DNA from: a virus
Strand: one strand, 5' to 3'
IMG/VR virus record: IMGVR_UViG_3300013126_000012
Span: 64,001 to 128,000 of that record
DNA: 64,000 nt
The position numbers and the translations under genes are program-made. This document shows positions 9,617 through 19,755 of this stretch, piece after piece (position 1 is the stretch's first letter; each line of letters begins with the position of its first letter). The notes beneath the pieces are model-generated. The model did not search any database and was not told where the DNA came from. It saw only the letters and a program-made list of their open reading frames with translations.

Positions 9617-12082
9617 CTATTCCGGGAAAGCTGCGCCCGTAGGTTGAATATTGAAATCCAATATAATGAATTCAGCCGTTCTAGTTGGTTGAAGAAGCAA
9701 TTGACCGTATAAGATGTTTTGATCAACCAAATCCGGTGTATTATTTGATTCATCCATAATAACACGGAATGCATTTAATCCTTGACGATTTTTTACATCA
9801 TCTAAATATGGATTAACGATACTTAAGAATCTTAATCGAGTTGCATCATTGTTTGGTTCAAATACCAAGTAACGAGTTGAAGATGCAATAAACTTCTTAA
9901 CTTCAATCAATAATCGACGCACATTGACTCGGTCTAACGCACTTGGAGTTGATTGTAGAGTCTTTTGCCCCCAAATAACTACGCCCTCATTAGGGAAGTT
10001 TGCAATAGGATTAACGCGCGCTGCATATAATGTATCTCTATCTGATTGAGTCAATCTTTTATATGTATCTGTTACAGAACTTAATCCTCCGCGGTTTAAA
10101 CCTGCCGGAGCATACCATGGAGCAGAAATTTGATCGGTAAATGCTAATACTCCTGGTACTACCGTTGATGGCGGAACCCATAATGGAGCATTAGTTGATG
10201 GATTTACAATACGCACCCATGGCCAATATGTTGACGTATAATTGCTATTGATTGTGGTAACTTGATTGGTAACCGTTGTAATATTATCAGTTAATGCATT
10301 CGAATCCATTACATAGAATGTATCTTGACGATTCTCAGCCAGTAAACGAGCTAATGATGTTACTGCAGAGTGAAGGCTATCAACGATACCCGGCGTAATC
10401 AATAAATTCATATCATAATAATCAGTATTTCCTAACAATGAAAATGCTTTATTATATGCAATTGTACCAGTGCTTGTTGAATTTGAACAATTGAAGCCGA
10501 ATGTATTTGCTGCTGTAATATACTGCCCTGAATATTTTTTCAGGTTTGGCTTAGCTCCATCGAAACCACCTTGCATTGGAACAATAAATTTGCGCGTTGT
10601 TAATGCAATATTTGTTGCAAATGTTGATCCAGTTAATGCACCTTCTAATGAAGCAGAATATGGTGCGGTTGCTGTAGGAAACCCTGCTGCCCCATCTTGA
10701 TTTACGCTACCTAAATAAAAATCAGCATTGCTTCCGGTGTTTGATCCCGAAGTTGGAGTTGCTGATAAATAATTCAAGTTATTAACATTGCTAAAGTTAT
10801 ATCCGAAATATGTATTTGAATTGAAACCCGTTGCGGATACTTGTGAACTAATCGTTGCTGTTGAAACTAAATTCAATGAACCGGAGGCCATAGGAATTGT
10901 TGATAATAATGCACGATAACCGAAAGGAATCAATGTTTTATCATTTGTTCTATTTGCAACACCATCAGATACTTCTACTCGAATATAATTTGATTGATTT
11001 GGATAATCTCCATATACTGTTAATACGCCATCATTATCTACGGTTTGATAACGATCGCCAATCACTCTAGCAATATATCTAGATGAATTTGGATTTAAGT
11101 TAACATTAGTAAATGCTTCTACTGCTGGAGATAAATCAGTATCGGTACGTAATCCGTAAACTGAATTTGGAATATTTGTTGTATTTACTCGTCGTACTTC
11201 TACTGTAAACGTACCATAACCATTTGGATCAGCTACTTCTGTAGCAGTACGAATATCTTTAATACCTATCTTAACATCGTAGTTAACAGCAGTACCTTGT
11301 GATATTGAATGGAATCGCAATAAATCTTTTGCAATTGCGCCAACTTTTTGCGACGTAATCCATGGCGTTGCTGCGGTTTGAAAGTCTTGTACAAATTCAT
11401 AATTTGAAAATTTGAAAAGCTCCATGGTTACATCACCTAAATTTGCAAATTGCGAATAGGCTGTTGGATTTTCATATTGCACATATACTGGATAATCAGT
11501 CGACTTTGGTGATTGACCAAATCGTTTTACAAGATAATCATTGCTTGTTGCAACAATTGATGACGAAATTGCAACAGCTTGAGATACTAAGAATGATCCA
11601 TTAAATCCAATTGCCGAATCTGATGCAGCGGAGAATGAACCTGAAACTTTGATTGCAAATGAACCAGATCCACCATCTAGCAATACCGATTCATTAAATA
11701 CATTGGTTGCTCCGTCAGTTGTTACTGCTTGTACTGGGTGTAATACGTGTGTTACAACTTGGGTTGAACCAGATTTTGCAATAATTGCTAAAGCGCCATT
11801 AGTTAATTTATATCCATCTTCATAAAGCAATCGTGTTACAGTAATTACATTTCCGCCATTTGCTAAATAGTTTTGAACTACATATGGTAAATATGAATCA
11901 TCTGTATATGTTCCAAATACTTGTTGGAACTGAAAGAACGATGTGATTTGTGTTGGAACTAAAGCAGGTCCTTTTACTGTTGGTCCTATGATTGCTGCTC
12001 CAATTTGTGATATTCCTCCGGCGAGAAACGATTGATCTACTTCATTCGTAAATACCCCCGCAGAAATTAAATTTTGTGCCAT
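9617..12082 (-). CDS. gp18: Tail sheath protein
   Basis: N-terminal SAGVFTNEVD; C-terminal YWPW, PWYAPAGLNRG, WGQKTL, DRVNVRRL and QPTRTAEFI. Confidence 0.95.
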   Translation of the reverse strand: MAQNLISAGVFTNEVDQSFLAGGISQIGAAIIGPTVKGPALVPTQITSFFQFQQVFGTYTDDSYLPYVVQNYLANGGNVITVTRLLYEDGYKLTNGALAIIAKSGSTQVVTHVLHPVQAVTTDGATNVFNESVLLDGGSGSFAIKVSGSFSAASDSAIGFNGSFLVSQAVAISSSIVATSNDYLVKRFGQSPKSTDYPVYVQYENPTAYSQFANLGDVTMELFKFSNYEFVQDFQTAATPWITSQKVGAIAKDLLRFHSISQGTAVNYDVKIGIKDIRTATEVADPNGYGTFTVEVRRVNTTNIPNSVYGLRTDTDLSPAVEAFTNVNLNPNSSRYIARVIGDRYQTVDNDGVLTVYGDYPNQSNYIRVEVSDGVANRTNDKTLIPFGYRALLSTIPMASGSLNLVSTATISSQVSATGFNSNTYFGYNFSNVNNLNYLSATPTSGSNTGSNADFYLGSVNQDGAAGFPTATAPYSASLEGALTGSTFATNIALTTRKFIVPMQGGFDGAKPNLKKYSGQYITAANTFGFNCSNSTSTGTIAYNKAFSLLGNTDYYDMNLLITPGIVDSLHSAVTSLARLLAENRQDTFYVMDSNALTDNITTVTNQVTTINSNYTSTYWPWVRIVNPSTNAPLWVPPSTVVPGVLAFTDQISAPWYAPAGLNRGGLSSVTDTYKRLTQSDRDTLYAARVNPIANFPNEGVVIWGQKTLQSTPSALDRVNVRRLLIEVKKFIASSTRYLVFEPNNDATRLRFLSIVNPYLDDVKNRQGLNAFRVIMDESNNTPDLVDQNILYGQLLLQPTRTAEFIILDFNIQPTGAAFPE

Positions 12083-12120
12083 TACATTACTCCTATGATT
12101 TTTTTATTATAAATATATTG

Positions 12121-12402
12121 TTATTTATTCAAACCTTCTTCTGAAGTGAATGTTCCGTCGGCAATATTTATTTGACCATCACCATATCGTTTGCGCATCT
12201 TGTCAAGTAATTCTGATTCTTGTTTACGCAATGATTCGAATGCTGCGAAACAACGTTGCTGTTCTTGTTTTAAAAATTCAACGCGTTGTTCTAATGCTAA
12301 TTGTTCCATATGCAACGATCCCATTGTGTTTGAATTTGTAGCAAATTCATCTCGCAATGATTGAATTTCATCTAAATGTTCTTTATCTAATTTTCGAGTC
12401 AT
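12121..12402 (-). CDS. Small coiled-coil hypothetical protein
   Basis: 93 aa heptad-like sequence ending KRYGDGQINIADGTF; has its own promoter. Confidence 0.75.
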   Translation of the reverse strand: MTRKLDKEHLDEIQSLRDEFATNSNTMGSLHMEQLALEQRVEFLKQEQQRCFAAFESLRKQESELLDKMRKRYGDGQINIADGTFTSEEGLNK

Positions 12403-12419
12403 AATAACCTTTTCTTGAT

Positions 12420-12448
12420 ATTATAATGAAAATGTTTGAATTATCCAA
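12420..12448 (-). promoter_or_regulatory. Sigma70-type promoter
   Basis: TTGGAT-N17-TATAAT. Confidence 0.75.
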
Positions 12449-12484
12449 GCATTTCGAGTTTACTTATGTCAACCGGATCCGCCT

Positions 12485-12565
12485 TCATTGTATAATTATA
12501 GATGTTGCTGTTACTCCCGCAATGTTGGTAATGTTTTCTACTGGTACACCTGATTTATTTGCCAT
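12485..12565 (-). CDS. 26 aa mini-ORF or truncated gene remnant
   Basis: ATG one base after the fibre gene stop; translates as MANKSGVPVENITNIAGVTATSIIIQ*. Confidence 0.35.
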   Translation of the reverse strand: MANKSGVPVENITNIAGVTATSIIIQ

Positions 12566-12566
12566 G

Positions 12567-14306
12567 TTATATTTCTGTCCAATCATTAGATGGTCTAAAT
12601 TTCATAATCCATTCATCTGCTCCGCCACTATTCCAATAACAGTGTCCTACAATTCTAACATATCCTGATGCAGGTACGGTCGTGTCCATTGTGGTTCCAG
12701 AACCTGATTTGATGTATATTGGAAGGCCGTAACCTGCACTATCGACTATAGGATATGACCCTCCAATCGTTGACACTACTACATCACCTTCTATTATAAC
12801 AGAACCAGTTTGTGAAAATATGTTTTTAGCTATTCCTAGCATTTTTGTTGAAGAGTCTGTAGTTTGATCTACTTGATACCATTGACCGTCTGTGTTTAAA
12901 TAAACCAAATCATTATCGACAACATTTACATCAAAATACGACTCCCCTAGAATTTGTCCAGCATAGTTGTTAAATCCAAACAAAGTGACTCGCGTAGCTT
13001 CACTAACGTTTTGTTGATTGTACAAATATGTTTCATATGTTCCCGAAAAACCTCCCCAACCCAATGCATCTACACCAGCTGCATTTAATAATGTTCTATT
13101 TCCAAAATCTATACTAGCGCTAGCACCCTGGAATGGTGATCCATATAATTTGCGTTCATAGTTTATATCATCTACTTTGATAGCATCATATGGACCTACG
13201 TCAGGAGTAAATGGTGGAAAACCTGGAATTAAATCTCCTCGTACAATGAATGACCCAGATTCTATAATTACACCTGATTGCCAATTAAGTACCGGGTATT
13301 CACTACCGTTTTTAAGTTGTCGAGTACCCCAATCTATAGAAGTTCTAATTCCGGTAGAATCGACAGTCCATCGATTTTGCCAATTTACTGAATCATTCGA
13401 ACCCGTATCTCGTAATAATCCATCGCCCCAATCAACTGTGTAATCGCTGGAGCCGTTGTCAAATTTGAGTTGTCGGGTATTCCAATCAACGGATTGCGAT
13501 GCATTTGCATCATACATGCTTCGTAAAACACCCCACCGTACTGAAAAATTTCCATCGGAATCAAACAATGTTCTGCTATCCCAATTCACAGAATCTTCAG
13601 TACTACCAGGCATAGGACCAGAACCAATCAATATTTTATTGGTACCATCGATGCTGTCTAAAACACTAAATGATCCAGTTACTCCCAATGAGCCGCTAAT
13701 TTGCGCATCACCGGTAAATGGAAATGGGTTTCCGCCGGGCGCCCATGATGCCGATGTTGCAAACGATGCGGTGCCTGTGAATGTTGCGTTTTGCCAATCT
13801 AATATAATATTGCCATTGTTATCTGTTAACTGCCGCGAATTCCAATCAACGGCAATTTCATCAGCAGTTGGTATTGGTCCAGGGCCATAAAGATATCTAT
13901 TTTCCCAATCTACATAAGTTACCCCTGACGAATTTGCTAAAGTGCGTTGTTCCCAATCAACACTTGGAGTTGCTGCACCATCGGACAATGTTCTACCATC
14001 AGCATCAATGCTGCTAGTACCCATTACATCGTATATGGTTCTAGAAAAATCACTAATTGATATAGCAGGAACATAATTTGCTCCATCAAATGTTTGTGTA
14101 CTAAATGAACCAGTTACTCCTAATGAGCCTGTAATCTCCGCACTTCCGGAGTATGGAAATGCAGGTGTACTTGGAGCATATGACGCAGATAAAGCTTGTG
14201 TTGCGTATGATGCAGTACCTAATAAACTTCCAGTTATGCTTGGAGCATACAATGAATTTAACGTGGCATCAGAGCCAGACGTTATGATCTTTTTCCATGA
14301 CGGCAT
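12567..14306 (-). CDS. Tail fibre-like repeat protein
   Basis: Two FP(Y/F)xGxAxIxGSLGVTGSFS modules, each followed by ~16 aa (S/T)VDW..R.L.D repeats; N-terminus paralogous to 14581-15411. Confidence 0.65.
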   Translation of the reverse strand: MPSWKKIITSGSDATLNSLYAPSITGSLLGTASYATQALSASYAPSTPAFPYSGSAEITGSLGVTGSFSTQTFDGANYVPAISISDFSRTIYDVMGTSSIDADGRTLSDGAATPSVDWEQRTLANSSGVTYVDWENRYLYGPGPIPTADEIAVDWNSRQLTDNNGNIILDWQNATFTGTASFATSASWAPGGNPFPFTGDAQISGSLGVTGSFSVLDSIDGTNKILIGSGPMPGSTEDSVNWDSRTLFDSDGNFSVRWGVLRSMYDANASQSVDWNTRQLKFDNGSSDYTVDWGDGLLRDTGSNDSVNWQNRWTVDSTGIRTSIDWGTRQLKNGSEYPVLNWQSGVIIESGSFIVRGDLIPGFPPFTPDVGPYDAIKVDDINYERKLYGSPFQGASASIDFGNRTLLNAAGVDALGWGGFSGTYETYLYNQQNVSEATRVTLFGFNNYAGQILGESYFDVNVVDNDLVYLNTDGQWYQVDQTTDSSTKMLGIAKNIFSQTGSVIIEGDVVVSTIGGSYPIVDSAGYGLPIYIKSGSGTTMDTTVPASGYVRIVGHCYWNSGGADEWIMKFRPSNDWTEI

Positions 14307-14321
14307 ATCGTTTTCCTTTTG

Positions 14322-14383
14322 TGCTGCGGTTGGTTACATACACTTATGCCGTGCGTGTGCCCACTTCCTTGCGGCCTACAACA
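14322..14383 (-). ncRNA. Candidate structured cis-regulatory RNA in the fibre gene 5' UTR
   Basis: 62 nt, ~55% GC (34/62), between the late promoter and the RBS; closing stem, GCAA tetraloop hairpin and a long inner stem. Confidence 0.55.
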
Positions 14384-14396
14384 TTTATAATAAATA

Positions 14397-14573
14397 TCAT
14401 TGTTTTAGATATTGTTCTTGCAATTTCAATATGATATTGTAGAATGTTTCTACTTGTTCTCCACGAATAGACACATCTTTAAGCAGCATCAACAAAAATT
14501 CAATTTCTTGTTTTGATAATTGTGATGCTGTTTGTGTTTCTGCTTTTGATTTTAATTTGTCAATTATGCTCAT
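14397..14573 (-). CDS. Small helical protein, possible fibre chaperone
   Basis: Start moved to ATG 14573 (MSIIDKLK) to avoid overlap with the upstream gene; lies between two paralogous fibre-like genes. Confidence 0.6.
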   Translation of the reverse strand: MSIIDKLKSKAETQTASQLSKQEIEFLLMLLKDVSIRGEQVETFYNIILKLQEQYLKQ

Positions 14574-14580
14574 AACTTTT

Positions 14581-15411
14581 TTAAGAATAAATGTAAATAT
14601 CTCCACTCAATGTATCAACATGAATTGTTCCATATCCATTGCCTGAGCCACCATATATTGGAGCCGGAGATGGTGCGGCTGTGCTTGTTTCTACTGCTCC
14701 TGCATATACCGACGGGGTGAATGAATTGCCCGTGGCATCGAATGATGAAGTAAAGCCCCATCGCGTAGTACCAGAATCATATCCATACAATTCACCAATG
14801 TTTTGAGTACCTTGTTGTACAACAATACCACCATCTCCTGCAGTATTAGATCCAGATGCAAACAATACAAACCGATCTGCAACAAGCAAGTTTGCAGTGT
14901 TTTGAAATGATGCAGTACCTAATACAACCAAATTACCCGTCAATGTTAATCCAACAAACGAAGGAGAATCTGTTGTTTCTAATCCTAAATCGATTGTCGA
15001 CCCAGCTACGCCATTTGTTGTTAATAAAGCCTGACCCTGTCCTGGGCTAGATAACACTGATGCAGATACTACTGTACTACCTGCTAATATTTGTGTTTGA
15101 GTTACGCTACCACCTAATGATGTTGCATTACCTGCAATTGTTATAGATGAATTTGCTAAACTACCATTTGGAATACTACCTAATGTAAATGTAATCGTAT
15201 CTGAACCGGCATTTCCTGAAATATCTAATCCTGCGCCAGACGAAGATGCAAATGTTAATGTATCTACTGCACTATCTGCTAATACATTCGTGCCGTTAAT
15301 AGACATCGTAGCAAATGTATTTTGTGCAGTTATTGATGTTAAATAACCAGCATCATTATTTAATTGAGAAATATTACTTCCCGATACTACTACTTTTTTC
15401 CAAGTTGCCAT
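14581..15411 (-). CDS. Fibre-like structural protein
   Basis: MATWKKVVVSGS start paralogous to MPSWKKIITSGS; Gly/Ser/Thr-rich; late promoter upstream. Confidence 0.65.
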   Translation of the reverse strand: MATWKKVVVSGSNISQLNNDAGYLTSITAQNTFATMSINGTNVLADSAVDTLTFASSSGAGLDISGNAGSDTITFTLGSIPNGSLANSSITIAGNATSLGGSVTQTQILAGSTVVSASVLSSPGQGQALLTTNGVAGSTIDLGLETTDSPSFVGLTLTGNLVVLGTASFQNTANLLVADRFVLFASGSNTAGDGGIVVQQGTQNIGELYGYDSGTTRWGFTSSFDATGNSFTPSVYAGAVETSTAAPSPAPIYGGSGNGYGTIHVDTLSGDIYIYS

Positions 15412-15443
15412 TGTTATGTTCCTATTTTATATAAATATAAGCA

Positions 15444-15782
15444 TCAATCTAAACCTACAAAAAAAGATGCAGATGTAAAATAAATTGCACCGTTGGGTGC
15501 TGTTCCTGCAGGATCTAAACTTTGTGTTGCTACTACTATAGTGCCACTTTGTGATACTGTTAATACGGGTTGATTGTTAAAATTTTTAATTAAAAATATA
15601 TCATTAACATCACTTTTAATTTCTAAAGAGCCTGTAATTACAGCACTACCTGAGAACGGAAACAACGCTCCGCCGCCACCGTTAAGTGCAAATGAAGCTG
15701 TCACTGCATAACTTGAAGATATATTATACAACGAACCGGTTTGTAATTGTCCGGGTCTAAATTGTCGTGCCATTATGCCCAC
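15444..15782 (-). CDS. Small fibre/collar-like structural protein
   Basis: Shares the TASFA...FPFSGSAVITGSL module with 12567-14306. The start may be the internal Met at 15773. Confidence 0.6.
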   Translation of the reverse strand: MGIMARQFRPGQLQTGSLYNISSSYAVTASFALNGGGGALFPFSGSAVITGSLEIKSDVNDIFLIKNFNNQPVLTVSQSGTIVVATQSLDPAGTAPNGAIYFTSASFFVGLD

Positions 15783-16990
15783 CTCCCTTTAACAATTATA
15801 ACATCTTGTGCAGTTAATGTATATCCTAATTCTGCAGTATCAAATACAATTGTTTGCGTATTAATGCCACTTGGCGTCCATGTATATACTACTTTATCAA
15901 TATATTGACCGTTAATAAATACATCAAATTCATTTTTAGTTGCATATTGTAATGATACCGGATTAATTGCCGGTATTCCGGATATCGTAACTGTTGTTGC
16001 GTTAGAATAAGTTGCAATTTTTTCCGTTATATTAATTAGATATGCCAATGTAGCAGCATCAATTGTAGCACTGCCACCCGCATTAGGAACAACAATTTGT
16101 CCACCTTGTTGAATGTAATTTTGTGCTTGAATTATTTGATTTGATATTTGTGTTGTATTAAATATATCATCGTCGACTGATACGCCAAAGGTAATTTTTT
16201 TTGGAGAAAACATTTTTTGAATAGTAGAGCGACGGGCTTCTTGTCCTGATAACAATGTTCCTAATACTGTTAATGGTACGGTTGTTCTAACCAACCTATC
16301 TTCCCCAACGGTATTTACAGTTTCAAATGCAAATGCACCAATTGTAGTAGTATAACGATTTTGTTCGTTACCCCAAGCAAATCTACTATATGGAAATATT
16401 TGATCCACTAATTCATTCATCTGTGTCGTAAAATCGCACCACATCATCATTTCATATTCTACTGTAACATATTTTGGTATATCTACTAAATATAATTTAT
16501 CAGACGGCTTTGGTTGATTTAATGGCACAGGAAACATTACATCTTCATATCGATTGCGTTCATTATACGTAGATTTATATACTCGTAAATTTTGTCCTTG
16601 TGGTCGATTAGCATCAAACCCTTTAACTGAATCTCGTTCTGTTACATTGCTTCGTTTTAAAACAATTATTGGAGATTGTAACATTCCTTTTTCATCGCGC
16701 ATATAACCTAATCTACGTACATTATCCCATTTTTCGCCTGCTGCAAAAATTACCGGTACTGGAATTGTTTGATCTTTATCTGTTATTTGCGGTTGTATTT
16801 CATTTTCAATAAACCATTTAATTGCATAATCAATGTCATATATGGTTCGTTTTGGAGTACGAATAATGTCATCATCTCGACGAGTTTGTAATGATCTATT
16901 CAGTGTCAAATCATTACCAATTCCTTCTGTTCTATTAGGATTTGGTTTATTTGTTTTTCGATCAATATCTTTTCTATTCAATCTAGGCAT
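15773..16990 (-). CDS. Tail terminator/sheath stabiliser (gp15-like) with C-terminal extension
   Basis: IPVPVIFAAGEKW...P.YVTVEYEM...QMNELVDQI pattern; follows the two neck genes. Confidence 0.7.
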   Translation of the reverse strand: MPRLNRKDIDRKTNKPNPNRTEGIGNDLTLNRSLQTRRDDDIIRTPKRTIYDIDYAIKWFIENEIQPQITDKDQTIPVPVIFAAGEKWDNVRRLGYMRDEKGMLQSPIIVLKRSNVTERDSVKGFDANRPQGQNLRVYKSTYNERNRYEDVMFPVPLNQPKPSDKLYLVDIPKYVTVEYEMMMWCDFTTQMNELVDQIFPYSRFAWGNEQNRYTTTIGAFAFETVNTVGEDRLVRTTVPLTVLGTLLSGQEARRSTIQKMFSPKKITFGVSVDDDIFNTTQISNQIIQAQNYIQQGGQIVVPNAGGSATIDAATLAYLINITEKIATYSNATTVTISGIPAINPVSLQYATKNEFDVFINGQYIDKVVYTWTPSGINTQTIVFDTAELGYTLTAQDVIIVKGRWA

Positions 16991-17511
16991 TAAAATCCTT
17001 TAAATGCAGGAGAATTATTATTGCCCCCTCGTCGTAAATTTGCAATACTTTGTGGTGTTTGTCGGGTTGCATGTGCATTGCATAAAATGGAAACGCTATA
17101 TCCAAATCCATTACCATTTGGCCAAGTATCTGGATTTTTTCCTACAAAATATTGATTTGCATCTACATTATCTAGTTCATAGTATTCATTATCCCAAAAT
17201 ACGATATCGCCAACTTCTGGATAAAATGCAGCTCGTTCTAGCAAATCGCGCGATATTGCAAACTGTGCCGTACGTGTATAATTATGTCCATAATCATCCA
17301 TGTTAGATGTTTTATCATCTTTAGTTATTAAGCACGGAATTAAAATAGAATTATAATATGTTTTTGCTTCCGATTCTCCGTATAAATTTGAATTGCTACG
17401 TTCAACAATCATTTTGAAGAATTCAATTTCAGTATCAATAATCGCATTAATCAATTCAGCGTTTACTGCTGCTAAAAATCTTGCATCTCTTTGACTTCCA
17501 AATAATGCCAT
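16990..17511 (-). CDS. Neck/head closure protein (gp14-like)
   Basis: NLYGES...PEVGDIVFW...YYEL pattern and gene order. Confidence 0.7.
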   Translation of the reverse strand: MALFGSQRDARFLAAVNAELINAIIDTEIEFFKMIVERSNSNLYGESEAKTYYNSILIPCLITKDDKTSNMDDYGHNYTRTAQFAISRDLLERAAFYPEVGDIVFWDNEYYELDNVDANQYFVGKNPDTWPNGNGFGYSVSILCNAHATRQTPQSIANLRRGGNNNSPAFKGF

Positions 17512-17516
17512 GATTA

Positions 17517-18743
17517 CTATCCTATATATATTAATAATGGCACTTTAGATAACATTTCATGCATCTGAGTTGCTTCTGCATTTTGACGTGTCATCATTTG
17601 TTCTTTTGTCAATTTATCTAAAAACTCTCTAAGTTGAGTTATTAATGCTTCTTTTTCTGTTTGGCCTTGTGATACTAAATCCGAACCGTTGAGTGTTACT
17701 TCGCCATTAGGAATTGGTACGCTACTGTATTTATTGCGAATATATCCTAACATTTCTTTAGCTAACGCAATTCCGTATTTAATAATCCACGCACGGCCCA
17801 TATCATTAATGTTACTGTAGTTTTGATATGTATATGGTATATTTGATGCGTCCGTTATAACATTGTTTACAAGTGCTGTATTGCCGAATAAAAGTGCTTC
17901 ATTGTTTTTATCATCATCAAATATAAAATCAACATATACATTTTTAAAATATGGTGTTGCAGAACTAGACCCGCTCGGCGCTACCGGTACAGGCCATAAT
18001 GTTATTTCATCTCCATGTATTTCAAATGAATAACTAGATTTACGTACCTGATCATTAAATTCAATTGCTTGTAATCTAAATAAATCTGCATTAATTGGCA
18101 TCATCATAAATGATACTGATGGAGAAAAACCTCCAAAATCAAATGCATCTAATAATTGTTGCGACCCTAAACCAGTTCCGACAAATGGATCAAAATATCT
18201 TACAATTGCAGGTGGTGCATTATGAAGCACCCGTTTTATTTCTACTGAGCTAGTTTGTACAATTATACCTAATGATGCCGAAATTGCATCTTTGATATTA
18301 TATGTTTGTTGGCCAGGGATAACATCAATTCTAAACTGTTTCCAATCTATGTTACCGCCACTATTAGCTTCAGTACCATATGCTTTTGAAAGCTTTGTAA
18401 TATATCCAAATGAATTTCCAACAAGTGCTCCAGTTAAACTAGAACCACTTAAAAATGCAGATGCTGTTTGTACACCTAATGTGTTGATCAAATTGTTAAC
18501 AATATTAACTTGATTAACTTGATTTGAATATTCGATAATTGCAGCTTCAAATGCAGTATAAAAATTAAGTGCTTGCATTTCAACATCCATTATTGGATAT
18601 CCTAAGTGTTGAGCTGCCGCGGATGCAAATTTATCCGCATGTTGTTGAAATAGTGGATCGTAATCAAAAAAGCCCCATGGCGTTTCTCCGGGTGCAAATG
18701 ATGAACTTCCTGGCCATATTGGACGATTTTCTGAATAATCCAT
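17517..18743 (-). CDS. Neck protein (gp13-like)
   Basis: LGYPIMDVEM...WIIKYGIALAKEMLGYIRNKY...IPNGEVTLNG. Confidence 0.8.
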   Translation of the reverse strand: MDYSENRPIWPGSSSFAPGETPWGFFDYDPLFQQHADKFASAAAQHLGYPIMDVEMQALNFYTAFEAAIIEYSNQVNQVNIVNNLINTLGVQTASAFLSGSSLTGALVGNSFGYITKLSKAYGTEANSGGNIDWKQFRIDVIPGQQTYNIKDAISASLGIIVQTSSVEIKRVLHNAPPAIVRYFDPFVGTGLGSQQLLDAFDFGGFSPSVSFMMMPINADLFRLQAIEFNDQVRKSSYSFEIHGDEITLWPVPVAPSGSSSATPYFKNVYVDFIFDDDKNNEALLFGNTALVNNVITDASNIPYTYQNYSNINDMGRAWIIKYGIALAKEMLGYIRNKYSSVPIPNGEVTLNGSDLVSQGQTEKEALITQLREFLDKLTKEQMMTRQNAEATQMHEMLSKVPLLIYIG

Positions 18744-18769
18744 TGATATATTCCTTTTTCATATAAATA

Positions 18770-19435
18770 TCAATACGTTTCATTTAGAAGTTTTAAAATT
18801 TCATTTAATGATTCGTGTCGATGATTATCTAATAATATTATTTCATTAACATACTGTGATTTTGTTAATTTAGGTACTTCGTGCACAGCTGAATCATTTG
18901 AGAATTTTAAATCTATTTGATAACGATCTCCCGTTAATATCATGATACTATCTTTACCTAAACGAGATACAACCATTTGAAGTTGTTGTTTAGTTAAATT
19001 TTGGAATTCATCTACGATACAAACAGCATGATCGAAAGTCCGACCTCGGAAATGTGCTAAAGAAACTAATTCAATGTGTTCTTCTCGTTCCAATTTATCT
19101 AATATATCCGGTTTATTATAAACTTTACGCATATTGCTACGTAAAGGAACTAACCATGGATCCATTTTTTCTGCTAAAGACCCGGGAAGAAATCCGTTAT
19201 CTTCATTTGATACTGTAGGCCGTGTTATGATAATTTTATTTATTTTTCTTTTAAAAAACATATCCAATGCAACTTGAACTGCTAACAATGTTTTACCAGA
19301 TCCAGCTTTACCTAAAATAAAATTAAATGGTGTTTCTATAATTTTTGATTTGGCTCGTTTTTGTTCTTGAGACAATGTTATTGAAAATTTAATGTCATTT
19401 TTTGGTGGAGTTTTTTCTCGATTTTGCGTAGTCAT
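18770..19435 (-). CDS. phoH: PhoH-like ATPase
   Basis: GKAGSGKT, ITRP, GFLPG, RGRTF, DEFQN, GD..QID. Confidence 0.95.
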   Translation of the reverse strand: MTTQNREKTPPKNDIKFSITLSQEQKRAKSKIIETPFNFILGKAGSGKTLLAVQVALDMFFKRKINKIIITRPTVSNEDNGFLPGSLAEKMDPWLVPLRSNMRKVYNKPDILDKLEREEHIELVSLAHFRGRTFDHAVCIVDEFQNLTKQQLQMVVSRLGKDSIMILTGDRYQIDLKFSNDSAVHEVPKLTKSQYVNEIILLDNHRHESLNEILKLLNETY

Positions 19436-19451
19436 AACTAACCTTTTTTCG

Positions 19452-19727
19452 TTAAAATAATTTTGTAAGTGTTGATTCGCGAAGTGTCATATCTTTCAAC
19501 GTCTCAATTTTACCTAAACAAGCTTGGCGTAACGCTTTATAAGTTTCTCTTGGAGCATATGGTGTCATTACTTTAATTGTAATTAATTCTTTGTCTTTAC
19601 CAAGATCTTGTTCAATATGAACCATTAAAACTAAACTTATTGCACGAATTCTATCTAACACATCTACTAATCTACCATTATAGCGTATAATAGTTTGCAT
19701 TGAATATTTGTTATATGATACTGCCAT
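19452..19727 (-). CDS. Hypothetical protein
   Basis: 91 aa ORF with a late promoter 11 nt upstream. Confidence 0.7.
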   Translation of the reverse strand: MAVSYNKYSMQTIIRYNGRLVDVLDRIRAISLVLMVHIEQDLGKDKELITIKVMTPYAPRETYKALRQACLGKIETLKDMTLRESTLTKLF

Positions 19728-19755
19728 AATCTTTTAATATAAATATACAACCAGT

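Noticed and set aside
2190-12082. Bacterial contractile injection system or tailocin
   Set aside because: Capsid, portal, terminase and replication genes are on the same contig, so this is a phage.
14322-14383. Calling the UTR element a c-di-GMP-II riboswitch because of UGGGCAC and AACC
   Set aside because: Only short words match; I cannot build the kink-turn and pseudoknot, so it is left unnamed.
18770-19435. phoH as a novel auxiliary gene
   Set aside because: PhoH is common in large aquatic phages.
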